Shown here in pieces: positions 23,830 through 37,213 of a stretch of 64,000 bases of DNA (its first letter is position 1; every line of letters begins with the position of its first letter). The translations under genes were made by a program, and so were the position numbers. Under the pieces are notes generated by a model. The model was not told where the DNA came from. It was given only the letters and a program-made list of their open reading frames with translations, and did not search any database. The stretch is from contig RBZT01000656.1 in NCBI GenBank assembly GCA_003693705.1, positions 1 through 64,000 on the forward strand, read 5' to 3'. The DNA comes from Polymyxa betae A26-41 (lineage: Eukaryota; Protista; Endomyxa: Phytomyxea).

Positions 23830-26505
23830 ATGTCAGGATGGAGCGAGAAAAAGGATCACTTGACAGATGTGACCGAATCTCCTGTCAGTTTATCAAGTCG
23901 TGATACGCCTGATGCTGCTCATGTCATACAATCGTTGATGAATGACGAAGCTGCCAGGGCGAAAGCTTTGGATTTTATCCAAGAGCTGGAGCGCAATGGG
24001 ACGATCGAATCGATGCAGATATTGGTGCAAACGTGGCAGGAATTACGATGCGAACTACGACAGAACGATGAAGACCATGATTCTGCCAATATTGATCAAG
24101 CTTTTGTCAGCATTAATCAGCATCTTACCAATCGCAATAGCAAGCAGCGCCTGTCGCTTCCATTTGCAGACCAACAGCTTCTCCTACCAGGGACAATCCC
24201 AGAGAATACCGCAGCCGGCCAAAAACGAAACGCGGTAGCACGTCCTGCTGGGCCTAGCAAAACGAAACAAAATTTCCTGCGAAATCATTCATTCAGTAGA
24301 TTTTTTAACACAGTATCCTCAAGAACACTGCAGGAAGACGTTAAATTGGATGAAGATTCCGAAAGTGTCATGGCGTTGCCGCTTTCACATAGCGAGACTA
24401 TGGCAAGGCTCTCATACCGATCTTTTGGTCCTGTTCGTCTCTTCTTCGTGGGCCATGTCGAAATTCCTTTAGAAAACAAAAGTCACTACCAGCATCTGTT
24501 TCTTCATCCTGAGGCAAAAGCACGGCGCCCTTGGAATCTTTTCATGACATTGTCGATCGCCTATTTCGCAATCGCATTGCCACTTCGAATAGCATTTGAA
24601 ACGACCCTGGACAATACCAGCGGTTTATTCGCATTTGAGAAGTTTCTCGATTGCTGTTTTTTTATCGAGATTGTGCTCAATTTTCTCACTGTTGACGCTC
24701 ATAATCGCCACCATGGAAGAATTATCTACGACTTTAGGTTAGGCATCATGCATTGTGTTTCGAATTTGCACCTATTCGGTATTAGACTCATCGCAAGGAA
24801 TTACATGAGGACATGGTTCATTTGGGATACTCTAAGTATCATCCCATTCGACACTATCGGCAACTCTATCGCTAATGCTTCTGCAACGCACATCTTCCGC
24901 TTAATCAAGCTTGTCCGAATGATTCGCGTTGTTCGACTGATGCGACTCTCCAAATACATCAACGATTATCATTCAGGATCACGTATTGTTAAAAGCATTG
25001 GTATGAATACTGTCAGAATGAGACTTTTAAAAGCTTTATTGTTCAAACAGGTCTGTTGATTGCCGCTGCCCATATCTTCTCTTGTATTTGGCTTTATTTG
25101 ATGACGCTCGAACACGAAGATGGCTTTGTGAGCTGGGCGGATGTCTATCCTGTTCCAATGCCGACCCGATCCCTCCAGTATGTGACCGCATTGTATTTCG
25201 TTGTGGCAACAATAGGAACAATTGGATTCGGCGATATCGTGCCGGTAACTTCCGCTGAAAGGGTCGGAAGTCCCTCATTCTGCATTGTCGAAACTTTTCT
25301 AATCATCGATATCAAGGTTTTTACGATAATTTTGATGGTATTCTCGGTGACGATGTTCGCATACTTCATCGGGAATATTTCCAGCATTCTATCAGGATGG
25401 GGATCAGCCGATGCCGATTTCAAAGGTCACATTCGAAATCTGAAGCTTTTCATGGAGAAAGAGGATCTTCCAAAAGACATGCGATCTCGTTTGTTAGGAT
25501 ATTATGACTACTGTTATAAGCGTTATGGGACGTTCCCGTTCAGCGATCCGTCAGTTACCGATGATCTATCACCAGCTCTAAAGGCAGAGGTAACCGCCTT
25601 TCTAAACAAAGACTTGATCAATCACGTCCCTGTCCTGAAAGGTCGAAGGGTGTTAACAGCTCACATGGCAAATCTAATATGCAGCAGGTCTACGCGAACA
25701 TATTGTCAAAGCAGTTTTGGAGGTTTTGAAGCACGAAATTTATGGACCGCATGATGTTATAATGCACGAAGTAGTGGAATATCTTCAGATGAATCAGCTG
25801 AATTGAATTCAGTTCATAGGGCGATATCGGTACAGAAATGTATTTTCTGAAGAAGGGAAGGTAAGTTTATTGTTCCGCAATAAAACTGTTAGCCTGAGGT
25901 TTGAAATCAAGAGTTCTTGTATCCTGGAAGGGAGCAGGTCATACACACAAAAAAATTCTTACTGAAGGGGCGTTCTTTGGTGAAATGGCCATGCTCCTGA
26001 GCTTCAAAAGAACAGCCACAGTTACCGCTCTCAGTTTCTGTGAAGTCTGTGTTTTGACCAACGAAATGTTCGACAAGCTCATTTTAAGTACAAGATTTAC
26101 TGCTTAATGGAATATGTCTTTTGAGTTGGTCGAATTTAGATACACCCGATTTTGCAGCCTGGATTCGCAATCTCGTCATGGACCAAAACTACCAGTTTAA
26201 GGCATCCTTTAAAAACGAGATCGAATCCAGGTGGATCCGATTCAGTAAAATCGTCGATGATCTGCAGGTATTGGAAATTATACTTTTCATAAACCATTCC
26301 ATTAATCTGCGAAACAGCTAACCAAATTCGAAACAATCAAGATTCAACAATCAGGAGCTGCAGAATGTACGCAGTAGCACCAAAAATCGTCAGATTCATC
26401 AGTTGACGTTGTGAATGTCATTCTATAGCATTTAAAGATCATGAACCTGCTTTTGAGAGCAAGTTAAAGACCAAAACCAGAAGTTCCTGGTACAATGATA
26501 GATGA
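23830..26505 (+). CDS. Voltage-gated K+ channel with cyclic-nucleotide-binding domain (EAG/KCNH-like); multi-exon
   Basis: S4 RLIKLVRMIRVVRLMRLSK, pore TIGTIGFGD, CNBD FFGEMAML...RTATVTA. The 3' end is approximate. Confidence 0.88.
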
Positions 26506-27016
26506 TAGGTGGTGCTGGCGTGGTAATCAAACCACGAATCTGATCAGAAATGTTGATAGTTCGAATCGAGGTTGCAGCTGGTGTAACAGTTGACCAAGTA
26601 CTCAATTTCAAGGCATATCAGCATGTGTCTCAATGAGTCATATTCGAGAACTGGTTGCTACCTCTTTAAGAAACACTTTATATTAATGAACTTCAAATTC
26701 CTTGACACAGCTTTGCTGTCAAAGATCATAATCTGTGTTGGCTCAGTGCTATCTAACTGGAACTAGCAAACGGTTATCTGTCATAAGATATTCTCAACTG
26801 CACAATTTTCCTATGAAGACTGAAGAATTATATAAAACAAATAAGACATAGCCAGTCGTAAGAGAATCGTGTATGTAATTGATGGGTGGCGGGTTGGCTG
26901 CCTCTGTTGTTCGTTGAGTGGATTTCCTCGGACCGGCAATTCCAAAAAACTGAATAATATGTGCGCCGCTTCCATGGCATTTGTCTAAGTCCTGCGTGCA
27001 TGCCGAATCGGTTGAC

Positions 27017-28281
27017 ATGTCTTGCCGGAACAGGCTATCCCGAGAAGAGGGGTCCATTATCAAGGATCATTTCCAGAAACTGATTCCGCGAATCTCCAGC
27101 CATTCCTACAAAGGATCTTCTGGTTTGTTTCGAGTTTCTGCAATGGCTTTCGTCTTAAGTGCGATATCTTAAGGCAAAATTGGTGTTATTGGTGGATCTA
27201 CAGAATATACAGGAGCTCCATATTTCTCAGCGATGGCCGCTTTAAGGTATTTCATGTGGTCGGCGAACCCGAATCGTTTCTTAATCGCAGCTGTAGAACT
27301 GGCGCTGACGTCGCTGCTATTTTTTGTCAACCTGCAGCTGCTGTTCCAATCAAATCATACAGTCCCGATATTATAGTCCATCCTGCATTAAAGCCTGAGA
27401 CTGCTGATTCGAAGCCACCACTTCCTGAGCCATTGCTTCAGCAGTTAATGCAAATGAAAGCATTCGTTATCGGACCTGGATTAGGACGAGAGCAATCCAT
27501 ATTGGACTTCACTGCCAAAGTTATCGAGATTCTGAGACATGAATCCAAGCCTATGGTCATTGATGGCGATGGACTTTATCTGATGTCTAGCCGTCCAAAT
27601 CTTATTTCAAATTATAACGATATCATCTTGACCCCGAACGCAAATGAATTCGAACGGCTCTGGAAATCGGTCATGAAATCGGATCCTCCTGATTTAGAGT
27701 CTTGTCCTGCCAATCTCTTACCAGGAAATGAACAGCTGAAAGAGGTCCTAGCTCGTCTTTCCTGGCGTCTTTCTAATATCTGGGGAATAGGTTAATGCTG
27801 ATCTTGACTCGTATATTCAAGATACAGTTCTTTTAGCAAGGCAATTTCCTCGATGTGTTCTGGTCCGTAAAGGTAAAGATTACAATAAGATGCTTCTGAA
27901 GCCTATTTTGAACCTGAATATGCAGGTATTTATGATATTATCACAGATGGTGGTGCAAGAGTTTGGGTATGTGGTTGGAAAGGATCTGACAGGCGCGTAA
28001 GCGGACAAGGTAGTCTTCTTTGCCTCCAAATGCTGTTGATTGATCCTTATTTATCGATAGGTGATTTATTAGCAGGCATCACTGCTACATTATTGAGCTG
28101 GGCTGTATTGTCGAAAGGATCGCCCGATAGTAAAACACTTGCACCTTTGAAAGCTGCTGTTATTGCTAGTGTGACGGTTCGAGAAGCAGCACGGCTTGGT
28201 TACACGAAGCATGGGAGATCCCTGGTCACCAGCGATATCCTGGTCTGCCTTGGATTAGCATTCCGGCTATTTCTTTGTTGA
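27017..28281 (+). CDS. NAXD: ATP-dependent (S)-NAD(P)H-hydrate dehydratase
   Basis: Motifs SYKGSS|GKIGVIGGSTEYTGAPYFS, VIGPGLGR, VIDGDGL, ILTPNANEF and GQGDLLAG. Confidence 0.92.
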
Positions 28282-28429
28282 TTGTTATTATCATTACTGT
28301 GTTTGATATCACAATATCAGCGAGTGATACTTAATACATCAACCTTTCTATCGTATGGGAAAACAAACATTCATCCCAAAATTCTGCGATATCAGTTGCT
28401 TAGAGGATGATGTCGATTTGGCCAACAAA

Positions 28430-30126
28430 TCAAGTTTGAGCGAAGTGACAAAACGCAATACTGATCAGAATAAGAGTTAGCAACCCCGAAGCATACCAAT
28501 GAAGTGAGAACGTAGGTGCTGAGTTTGGCCGATACAGAATTTTGATTGGTAATCGTCGTCGGAGCTTGGATTGTCCATCGATCCAAGCCAGACCCAGTAT
28601 GCCCATATCAGAATGCTGAGCTAAATGGCAGTGGATCATAACTTTGCCATTAAATTCAACGCCAATATGAAGCCGGATCGGCATATCATCTCCATCATAC
28701 GTATCAAGCCAGTCTCCTCTTTTGTAGAACCCATCAGCTGAATCTTTCTGCAGCTGAAATGGGAAGGAATGAACATGGAATGGATGTTGGCGTAATGTTA
28801 AAGTCCATTGCTCAGTGGTTCCTGGTAGCATATAATGCAAAGCTTTATCGCGGGTATCACCAGCAAATGGTTTGCCGTTTAAAAACCCATCTGGATGCGG
28901 ACTGTTGATGAAGACAGAGAAGGATCGGTTCGCAAGAGACTGTTCCGGGATGTCCAATGCATCCTGTAGATAAGCAGGCGGTTCAGGTAACCTCCAAAAT
29001 GATAAGTCTAATGATGTCGGACCAGGTTCTGCTGATCCGTCGACGTTTACTGTTGCGATGATGGTATTTGTAAACTTCGACATCATGCGATATGTAGCTG
29101 ACCTTGGGCATTTGATGGCCACTTCAGCCCGCGATGGTTGCAACAGACGAATGTTACTAATTGGACGGGGCTTTCTAAGCCAAATACCATCGAGAGCCAA
29201 CAGCATCATTTGACATCCGTCTAACAATAATACTAGCGGAGCGTCAACTGAACTGTGCTGAATTCTCCAGCGGTACCTAAAAGTAACTAAATGGTTGCAG
29301 TAAGATGCACAAGTTCTCCGACCATTGATTGGGATTAACAGTGATTTTAGGCTGCACAAAACCGTTGACCAATACGATGACTGGAGATGCAGAGCCAGAG
29401 ACTTTTCGAAATAGGTCGTTTTCGTCAGCAATTGCGATTAGAGCGTTAGGAGAGAACTGCCAGATAGAGATTATCATAGACGGGAGCGATTTCAAAAATT
29501 GAAAGGGGGAGTTCGATTCCTCGTCTTCAACGACAAGTAGTCCATAAGCTCCACCGCCAACTTGCATCGTAATTGCTCCGTGTGAATGTGCATGATACAT
29601 GTGTAAACCGCTGCAATGCTCTTTCAAATCATACTCATATTGGTAATAATATCCAGGTGGGATCTAAAGTATGAAATGGATAAAACATATACCAACAGAC
29701 GAAGTGTTTGCTTACACGAACGCCAACATCGTCTTGAGGTTCCTCGGAGACAACATGAATTCCGTGAAGATGTAGATTTGTTGTGTTGAACTCGAAGAAC
29801 CCATTCATGAAGCCCATTTCAGACTTCTGCCGATCAGAAAGGTCGTTATAGAGAGAGATTCGAACGACACTGTTCTGTTTCATGTAAATAATTGGGCCTG
29901 GAATTGTTGGCCGATTATGCCCGACTGCATACGCCCTTGTGATATACGATCTTCCTGGGATCTCCAACAGCATCGGCATTAGATGCAATTCAACCGGGCC
30001 GTCGTTAGCGTGGACAGAAGGCAATGGACATCGCCTCAAGTCGACATCCAACAAGTTCGGATTGCATTCGTTCGCTTTCGCAAGACTTCCAATAGCTAGG
30101 TACGCTAGCAGGGCCCGGATCCCCAT
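28430..30126 (-). CDS. Three-domain multicopper oxidase with signal peptide and C-terminal TM anchor
   Basis: Copper motifs TNLHLHG, YHAHSHG, HPFHVH and HCHLAQH, with hydrophobic N- and C-termini. Confidence 0.9.
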
Positions 30127-30473
30127 CTGGTCCCTTGCCTAAACTGACCATCTTGGATGGCACGCGAACGGCAACCCAACGGAAGGTGCAAAGATAATAA
30201 TCTAATGAAAGTGCAAGAATGACCTTTGACAGCGATGAGATCTCAAAGGGCTCCGCTTCATATAATGATAGATGTAAAGTGACCTGGATCCATGCAGAGA
30301 AATTAGAGAAGTGAGAGCTGCAACGTTAGGCGACAGGCGAGCGGGTCCCGCCTGGACAGCAGATTGACCAGTGGCAGAAAATTGGGGGGATGATGACTTG
30401 GTCGCAGTGAGTCCGCCGCTGGTTTATTGATTTCTGCATCACTGCCGACGCCGCCTTCTGAAATCATAGGGCA

Positions 30474-33400
30474 ATGGCTCTGACAAATTCGGCCGCTAGG
30501 GCTCGGGTTCAGTCCCTTTATGGAACCACGGTTGCCGGCCATCTGCACGCTGCCGATCGCCTGGCCATCTCCAAGTTTCACTCGGATGCCAAGGAATATG
30601 TTCGGTTTCAGCCCCTTGATGAATCGCTGCCGAGGTTCCGGATTCCGGTATCTGAGTTCCCTGAAAGCAATTGGATGCACAAGAAGATGAAGTCCAAGTG
30701 GAAGCGTGAAGTAATTGTTGAGCCTCATGATTGGCCCCCAGAGAAGAAATTGCCTAGTGCAATATTCAATCCTCCATTAGCAGCACAAGTTGGTGATTGC
30801 TGGTATCTATTATTTACTAAATCTGAATTATTTTTTAGTTTCAAATTAATGATGGAGTCGCCACTTCTGAAAGTCTTGTTGATGATGCGGCCGAGCCAAC
30901 GCTACAGGCAGGATTATTGCATGCCGCTGTTGATGAATCTTCAGAAGTAACCTTGTTTTGTTTCGAGCTGATTTACCTGGCCATAATGCATCTTATTAGG
31001 CTTTTGCTCCTAAGCCTAGCAAAAAGAAGAAGAAGAAGCAAAACATAACAGAGAACGAACCGGTTATACAGTCAGAAAATGAACTGGATCAGCTTGTAAA
31101 GCCAGAAATTTCAAGAGGGAAAAAGCACCGCAAATATGTTGTCAAGCAAAGCGATTCTGAAATGCATTCTGAAGAATGTCGTGCAGACCCCACGACAGCT
31201 CCAGAGGCTGCTGTCACAGCTTCCAACCAATCCAAAAAGCAGACTGGAAGAACGAATTTTGCTGCGCGACAGGACAGATTCAACGACGCGAGTGAACGCT
31301 CCGTCCCTTCGCAGCGATCGGCAATTGGTTTGAATCGCAGGCTGGTTCAATCTCACGATACGTCTGGTCTTGGGCGACCCAGGCCTACAAGTAACCATCA
31401 TGTGATATCCCATAATGAGTCAGATAACGAAACTTCAACAATCAAGCTGGCCTCAAATGAAGATGGATCGCGGCGAAGGAAGCCAGATCGTTCTAACGTC
31501 GTCACACCTCTTGCCCCGCGTGGCAATTATGTTTGCCGGGTGTGCAACGTTCCTGGTAGCTTTTTAAGTCAATGTCAATTACGATTATCTCAATCCTTGT
31601 TTAGGCCATTTCATTGAAGATTGTCCAACGATTACTCCCAGAACTCCCAGATCGAACCGTCGTGCTCGTGTTGATGGGACGAGCGACTCAAAAGACGCTG
31701 TATCTGAAGCAATAGTACGGTTCCGCAGTCGTCGTCCATCTGATCATCAGGGCGATTCTGCTTCTGAAACTCCAATTCGCACGCTGACTTTCCGACGGCG
31801 CCCAAAAGACTCTACTGGCTCCGAGACCGGTTAGTACTTGTGAAACCATATTTTTCCACATTATAGTTGATACTGTGTATAGAAATGACAGACGAACGTG
31901 CAAGGTCGCACCCTCAGCCCAAAAACCGGAAAACGTTTTACAACGAATATCTTACCGATGAAGAGGTCGCATCTGGGCTTGCTGATAATACTCTGGTCGA
32001 GGGTGTTCTTCACGTTAATGCGAAACGATCGATGGAAGCTTACGTTCGAAGATCTGGTACAGCCATGCTCTTCTTTTATGATCTTGCCAAGTAATTTGCT
32101 TAGATACTGATGGTGGTCGCGATATCAAGATCGTCGGTCACAAGCATCGTAATCGTAGTTATGACGGTGATACGGTTGTTGTCAGAATACTTTCGAATGA
32201 AGAAAGCTCGGGTGAAAAAGAATTCTGCGGTGGAGGATTTATTGACAAGCTCTCGGTATCTAAATCTTTTTACAGAATTAGACACCGTTGAATACAGCGA
32301 GCAAATCATAATATCAGAGGAAATGGTTCCTGGGACCGCCGCAGCACCAGCGACACTTGATGGACTCACTGCGAAACTTGATGCTATTGTGTTAAGTGAA
32401 GAAATTGAAGCTGAGGAAGAGGTCGCTGAGTCATTCCTTTTGGGCGCCGTTAGCTTATTTTATATAGGATCGGTCCAGGCCGTTGGGAGAAGTCGTAGCT
32501 GTCACATCTCGTGCCAAAGATGCTACTGTTGATATCATTGGATATTTGAAATTACTGGTTCCCAGAGATAATGCCAAGAAAGACGGTATCGACCAGAATG
32601 ATGAGGAATCTCTCAAGACCAGTCTTCTTGCAGCCCCCGTTGCACCGATTTCCCCTGAACCATCTAATGTCATTATGTTCCAGCCAATATCCAAAAGGAT
32701 CCCTAGGTGTGCTTTTTTGCATAACTCGATACCTTATCGTCATCTTTCCCTAGGGGTTTTGTTCAGAATTCGCTGTGGCCAAGTGATTTAATGTCTTCTG
32801 ATCCAGAACTGGTCAAAATGGCATGGAACAGTATATACTCAGCTTCATATCGCCCATGGAGGGTTTATCAGGTAAGAATCATGGTCGACCGGATTCTGTT
32901 GCTCATTTTGTTAAAGAGATCACCCCGAGTCGCAAAGCTTGACCTGATCGGATCTGCTGGTCATGTTGAACCAGAGACCAAAGCACTATTACGTGCTACG
33001 AAAATCTCTCATTCGGAGATTTTCTCGCCAGAGGTGCTGTTTATTACAACCTGAATACATTTGTTCTGATGATCTGTTCAGGCTCTTGGATGTCTTCAGG
33101 AATTTGGGTACGGCCCCAGCTTAAATTCTGTTAAGAAGTGGACCATTCCTCCGGAAGTTATAGCTGAAAGAAGAGTATGGATCCGTTATCGACCTTTCCA
33201 TTACTGTTTGCTTAATTTACATTTCGTTCAGGACTATCGCGACGCCAGGGTATTTACCATCGATCCCAGCACAGCGAAGGATCTTGATGACGCCCTTTCA
33301 GTAACCAAAATAAATGATGATGTATTTGAGGTTAGTGCTCGTCCTTATGGGATTATTGGTTTTCAGTTTTGTTTAGATTGGTGTCCATATTGCCGATGTC

Positions 33401-35199
33401 TCGTACTTCCTTAAAGAAGGTGATCACATCAATCTGGTTTCGATTCAACCGTCTTACGCTGTTGCAGATTCCCAACTTGACCTTGAGGCTCGCAAAAGAT
33501 GCACCTCGGTATATCTAGTTCAAAAAGTCATCCCGATGCTTCCACCGTTGCTTTGCGAAGAACTTTGCAGTCTCAACCCAGGAGTTGACCGTCTTGCTTT
33601 TAGTGTGGTCTGGAGAATGGATCGCAATGGTATTCTGTTCCCTGGATTGACCTGGGCGTTCTTTTGATACAGTCTCAGGTCGCATCTGTCAGGAGACTGC
33701 TCCTTGGTTTGGAAGGAGCGTGATTCGCTCTTGTGCTAAGCTAGACTATCGAACTGCACAGTGCATTGTCGATGGCGATTCGAATATTGAATTAAATATT
33801 CACGGAAACCATACTTTCCAGCAAATAGCAGATGACTGCAAGCAAATGATGGATGTAAGATTAGCCCTATCACCCTCATTGAAATATATTCTTAATTCCG
33901 GAACAGATTGCGATGGCCAGGCGTGCACATCGTTTTGAAAATGGATCTTTGAAGCTCGACCGGCCTCGAATGCATTTCCAGTTCGATGAAGATTTCAATC
34001 CTGTATCAGTATCAGCCTATGAGTTACATGATACTGTATAGATGTTTGTCAGAGATGAAACCATATCTCTTACAGTTTCTATAGAATCGCATGATTGAAG
34101 AATATATGCTGTTGGCGAACTTGCTCGTTGCTGAGAAATTGTTCAACGATGTTCCCAGTGTAGCGTTGCTGCGAAGACACGTACCGCCTGTTCTTGGCAA
34201 ACTCAACGAGATTCTCGAAGTCTGCTCCAGACTCGGGTACAAAGTTGACGGTCAATCCTCGAAAACACTTCATCACACTCTTATGCAGATTGAAGGTAAT
34301 TCTATGATGATGAACTTGGAAGAATCTCATTCTTTAACAGAAGAGGATGTTCGTGGGTTTATCTCTGTTCTACTTACTGTTGCTATGAGAAGGGCTGAAT
34401 ACTTATGTATTAATGGGATGTGCCGTGACCCAAATGAAGTTCCTGAAGAGGAGGGGTTCGCTCATTACGCCTTGGGGTAAAGCGGCTGACACATTTGAAC
34501 CTCACTTGCTGACGATGCTTAGATTCGAAACATACACTCATTTCACATCTCCGATTCGAAGGTGAATATGCCTACACTTGTTTTTTCGGCAACTGAAGCT
34601 ACTGTGCAGATACGCGGATGTGATTGTTCACAGAATGTTAGAACATTGCCTAGCTCGTGAGTCTGATCCTTCCAAGATAAAAAAGTTACCAGACCCGGAA
34701 GATGTATCAAAGATGGCTGAAAGATGTAACGAAATGAAGAATAGGTAACGTTCTTTATGTTTGCTTATCGGTGTTCTCAATGACATCTTAGAGCCAAGAA
34801 TGCACAAGATATGTCGCTCCTGATGTATCTTGCTGTCCTGGTCAAGAAACAGTCACTAGTGGAGACCGCATATGTTATGGATCTGGGCGTAAAGGCATTT
34901 TGTGTCTATGTGCCACGTTTGGGCCTTGAAGTATCAACCAAACGTTCCGTTTTTCTGCTCTGATTTGTGTACAGGATCGAATTATGATTGAAAAAATCCC
35001 TAACATCAAGAAAGCCGAAATCAAGAAGAATCCTGATTCGGAACTAAGAACATTGTATCTGGAATGGGATGATGGTCGAACTGAACAATGTGGCATGTTC
35101 GAGCCACTACTGGTTCAAGTGGGTGTATCTGCCACAGTGCCCTATATTGCCCAGCTAACTGTGTTGCCGAAACCGTCTATTGAAGAGCAAGCTCAGTAA
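30474..35199 (+). CDS. DIS3L2: DIS3-like exonuclease 2 (RNase II/RNB family) with extended N-terminus; many exons
   Basis: Motifs YNEYL...[48 protein letters not shown] and [18 protein letters not shown]. No PIN domain. Confidence 0.88.
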
Positions 35200-35290
35200 T
35201 TGCTACTTTCACAATGTATTTAGGGTCAACTATATTTAAGAAACCTTATTATTCTCGAACATAATTAGTCTTTATTCGTGTAAGGAATGT

Positions 35291-35872
35291 TTAATAGCAA
35301 AACTGAGGACCACAGTATTGGTCTGGTCCACAGCACGAGCCATCCCAGCAGCCAGCCCAATCATAGTTAGGACCACATTGACCATCATTTCGCGGTCGGT
35401 TCCATTGACCATTTGGTGGACGGATCATCGGTCCACCCATCATCGGTCCACCCATCATCGGGTTACCATTAGGATAGCCTTGACCATAGCCGTAACCATT
35501 TCCGCCACAGTATTGAGGTCCTTGACCACAGAATCCTGCAGGGGAACAGCAGGATCCAGGAGCGCAGACAGCCCCAAAATCAGGCCCACAGCGTCCATCA
35601 TCACGAACGAATCCTGATGGATTGTTGCCGCCGTTGCCTCCGAGCATCATGTTTGGATTGCCTCCACCGCAATGCATGGGAGTATTCCCACAGAAACCTG
35701 CAGGAGAGCAGCATTCGCTTGGATTACATCCCGCCATGTTGAAATCAGGACCGCAGCGGGAATCCCCTCGAGGCGGCCCGAATTGGTTGTTAGGGAAGCT
35801 TCCCATATACTGAGCATTGCTTATGAATACAGTTAGGGCAACAATCAACAGAATAGGACGCAACATGAACAT
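35291..35872 (-). CDS. Secreted chitin-binding protein with three hevein/CBM18 modules
   Basis: Signal peptide; RCGPDF..C...CCSPAGFCG twice plus a third Cys-rich module; Gly/Asn/Pro/Met linkers; intronless. Confidence 0.88.
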   Translation of the reverse strand: MFMLRPILLIVALTVFISNAQYMGSFPNNQFGPPRGDSRCGPDFNMAGCNPSECCSPAGFCGNTPMHCGGGNPNMMLGGNGGNNPSGFVRDDGRCGPDFGAVCAPGSCCSPAGFCGQGPQYCGGNGYGYGQGYPNGNPMMGGPMMGGPMIRPPNGQWNRPRNDGQCGPNYDWAGCWDGSCCGPDQYCGPQFCY

Positions 35873-36317
35873 GTTTTTCGATTGCAATTCACTTAAGATT
35901 TTGATGAATCCCCAGCATTGGAAGGGTTCTCAAATAGAAATGATTCAATACATCAAAGAAGGGTTGACTCAGCAGTTTGTGTTCCGAGCCCGACGACTCA
36001 CTTTCCGATCCGCCACTTGACAAAGGACAAAGACACACGATTGGACCCAAACCCTGGGTCCCACTTGGAAGAAAATGCGAAAGTGTGACGGAGGGAGTCT
36101 CCAATAGAGGCGCCATGGCCGCACTCCCCTTGGCATGCAGCAGACTGCAAGGAACTATTCATCGTACGTTCGTCTATCGTCTGTATCGTAATGACAAGGG
36201 TAACTGATTGTTGTGGCTATCGCTTTCAGGTCTATGGCCTTATTAAGCTGTTGACTGAAGGCGCATCCGTTAAGCGACTCGGTACCCGGGTCAGCTCACC
36301 CTCCAAGATCCTCGGGC

Positions 36318-37135
36318 ATGTCCTTGCAAGACAATGCCTCAAATCCTGCTGAAGCCGTAGAAAAAAAACCGTCACCTAGTAATGCACCAGGTTGGTGGAT
36401 TCTTATCGATTATTGAATAGGGATCTTTTCAAAGCTTGTTGCTTGATTTAGCCGATTGTTGGATTCCAATTGGTTATCATTTGCTTATGTGCTGTATTTA
36501 GTATCGTCTATTGTAGAGAAGCAGTTCTGTCGGTATCCAGAGCTTCATCGTCTCTTGAATCAAATCTTGCAGGACTCGGAGAACTATGTGAGCGAATTGA
36601 TCGCTGAGATTCGTGCTCGAAGGGACAAGAAACGCAGCCGGCAGAATTCTGAAACCAAACCGACGACCAAACGTAGAACTAGGGCAAGAACTCCCAGATG
36701 CAAGTTTGATTTTCTTTCTAATTGTGATACCAGCTGTTGCCATCAACGAAGGCAGTTCTCCAGAAATGGTTTGAAGATCATATATCATATCCGTATCCAA
36801 CAGCAGCAGAGAAAGTATGCTATCATTTCTGGACCTTCATTTGCTAACCGGAAACATCAGCAACAATTAATTGAACAATGCGGCGGGAATGTGACCCCAG
36901 CCATGGTTGCTAATTGTATGGACAATTCTACAGAGATGTTGAACGTATTCGATCTAATCAGCGTCTAGGGTTCTTCAACACCAGGAAACGTGTTAACTGG
37001 CGCCCTGAGAGCGCTCAGAGCGGCTCCGGGCGTGGAGGCAAACGACCACCAAAACCTTCATCTCAGCAGAAGCTCATTCAGCCTCAACAGGAGCCGCCCG
37101 ACAAAAACCTAGTCGATCATCACATTCAATCATAA
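36318..37135 (+). CDS. TALE-class homeodomain transcription factor (not visible intact in the ORF track)
   Basis: The spliced reading KRRTR|LLPSTKAVLQKWFEDHISYPYPTAAEK|QQLIEQCGGNVTPAMVANW|FFNTRKRVNWRP has the PYP loop and WFxNxRxR. Confidence 0.85.
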
Positions 37136-37213
37136 TACATTTTAATAGAATTGAAAGTTAAACTGTGATCATCTATTTGCTCTGATTCAGGGTCCCGTCA
37201 TATCGCAGTCCTG

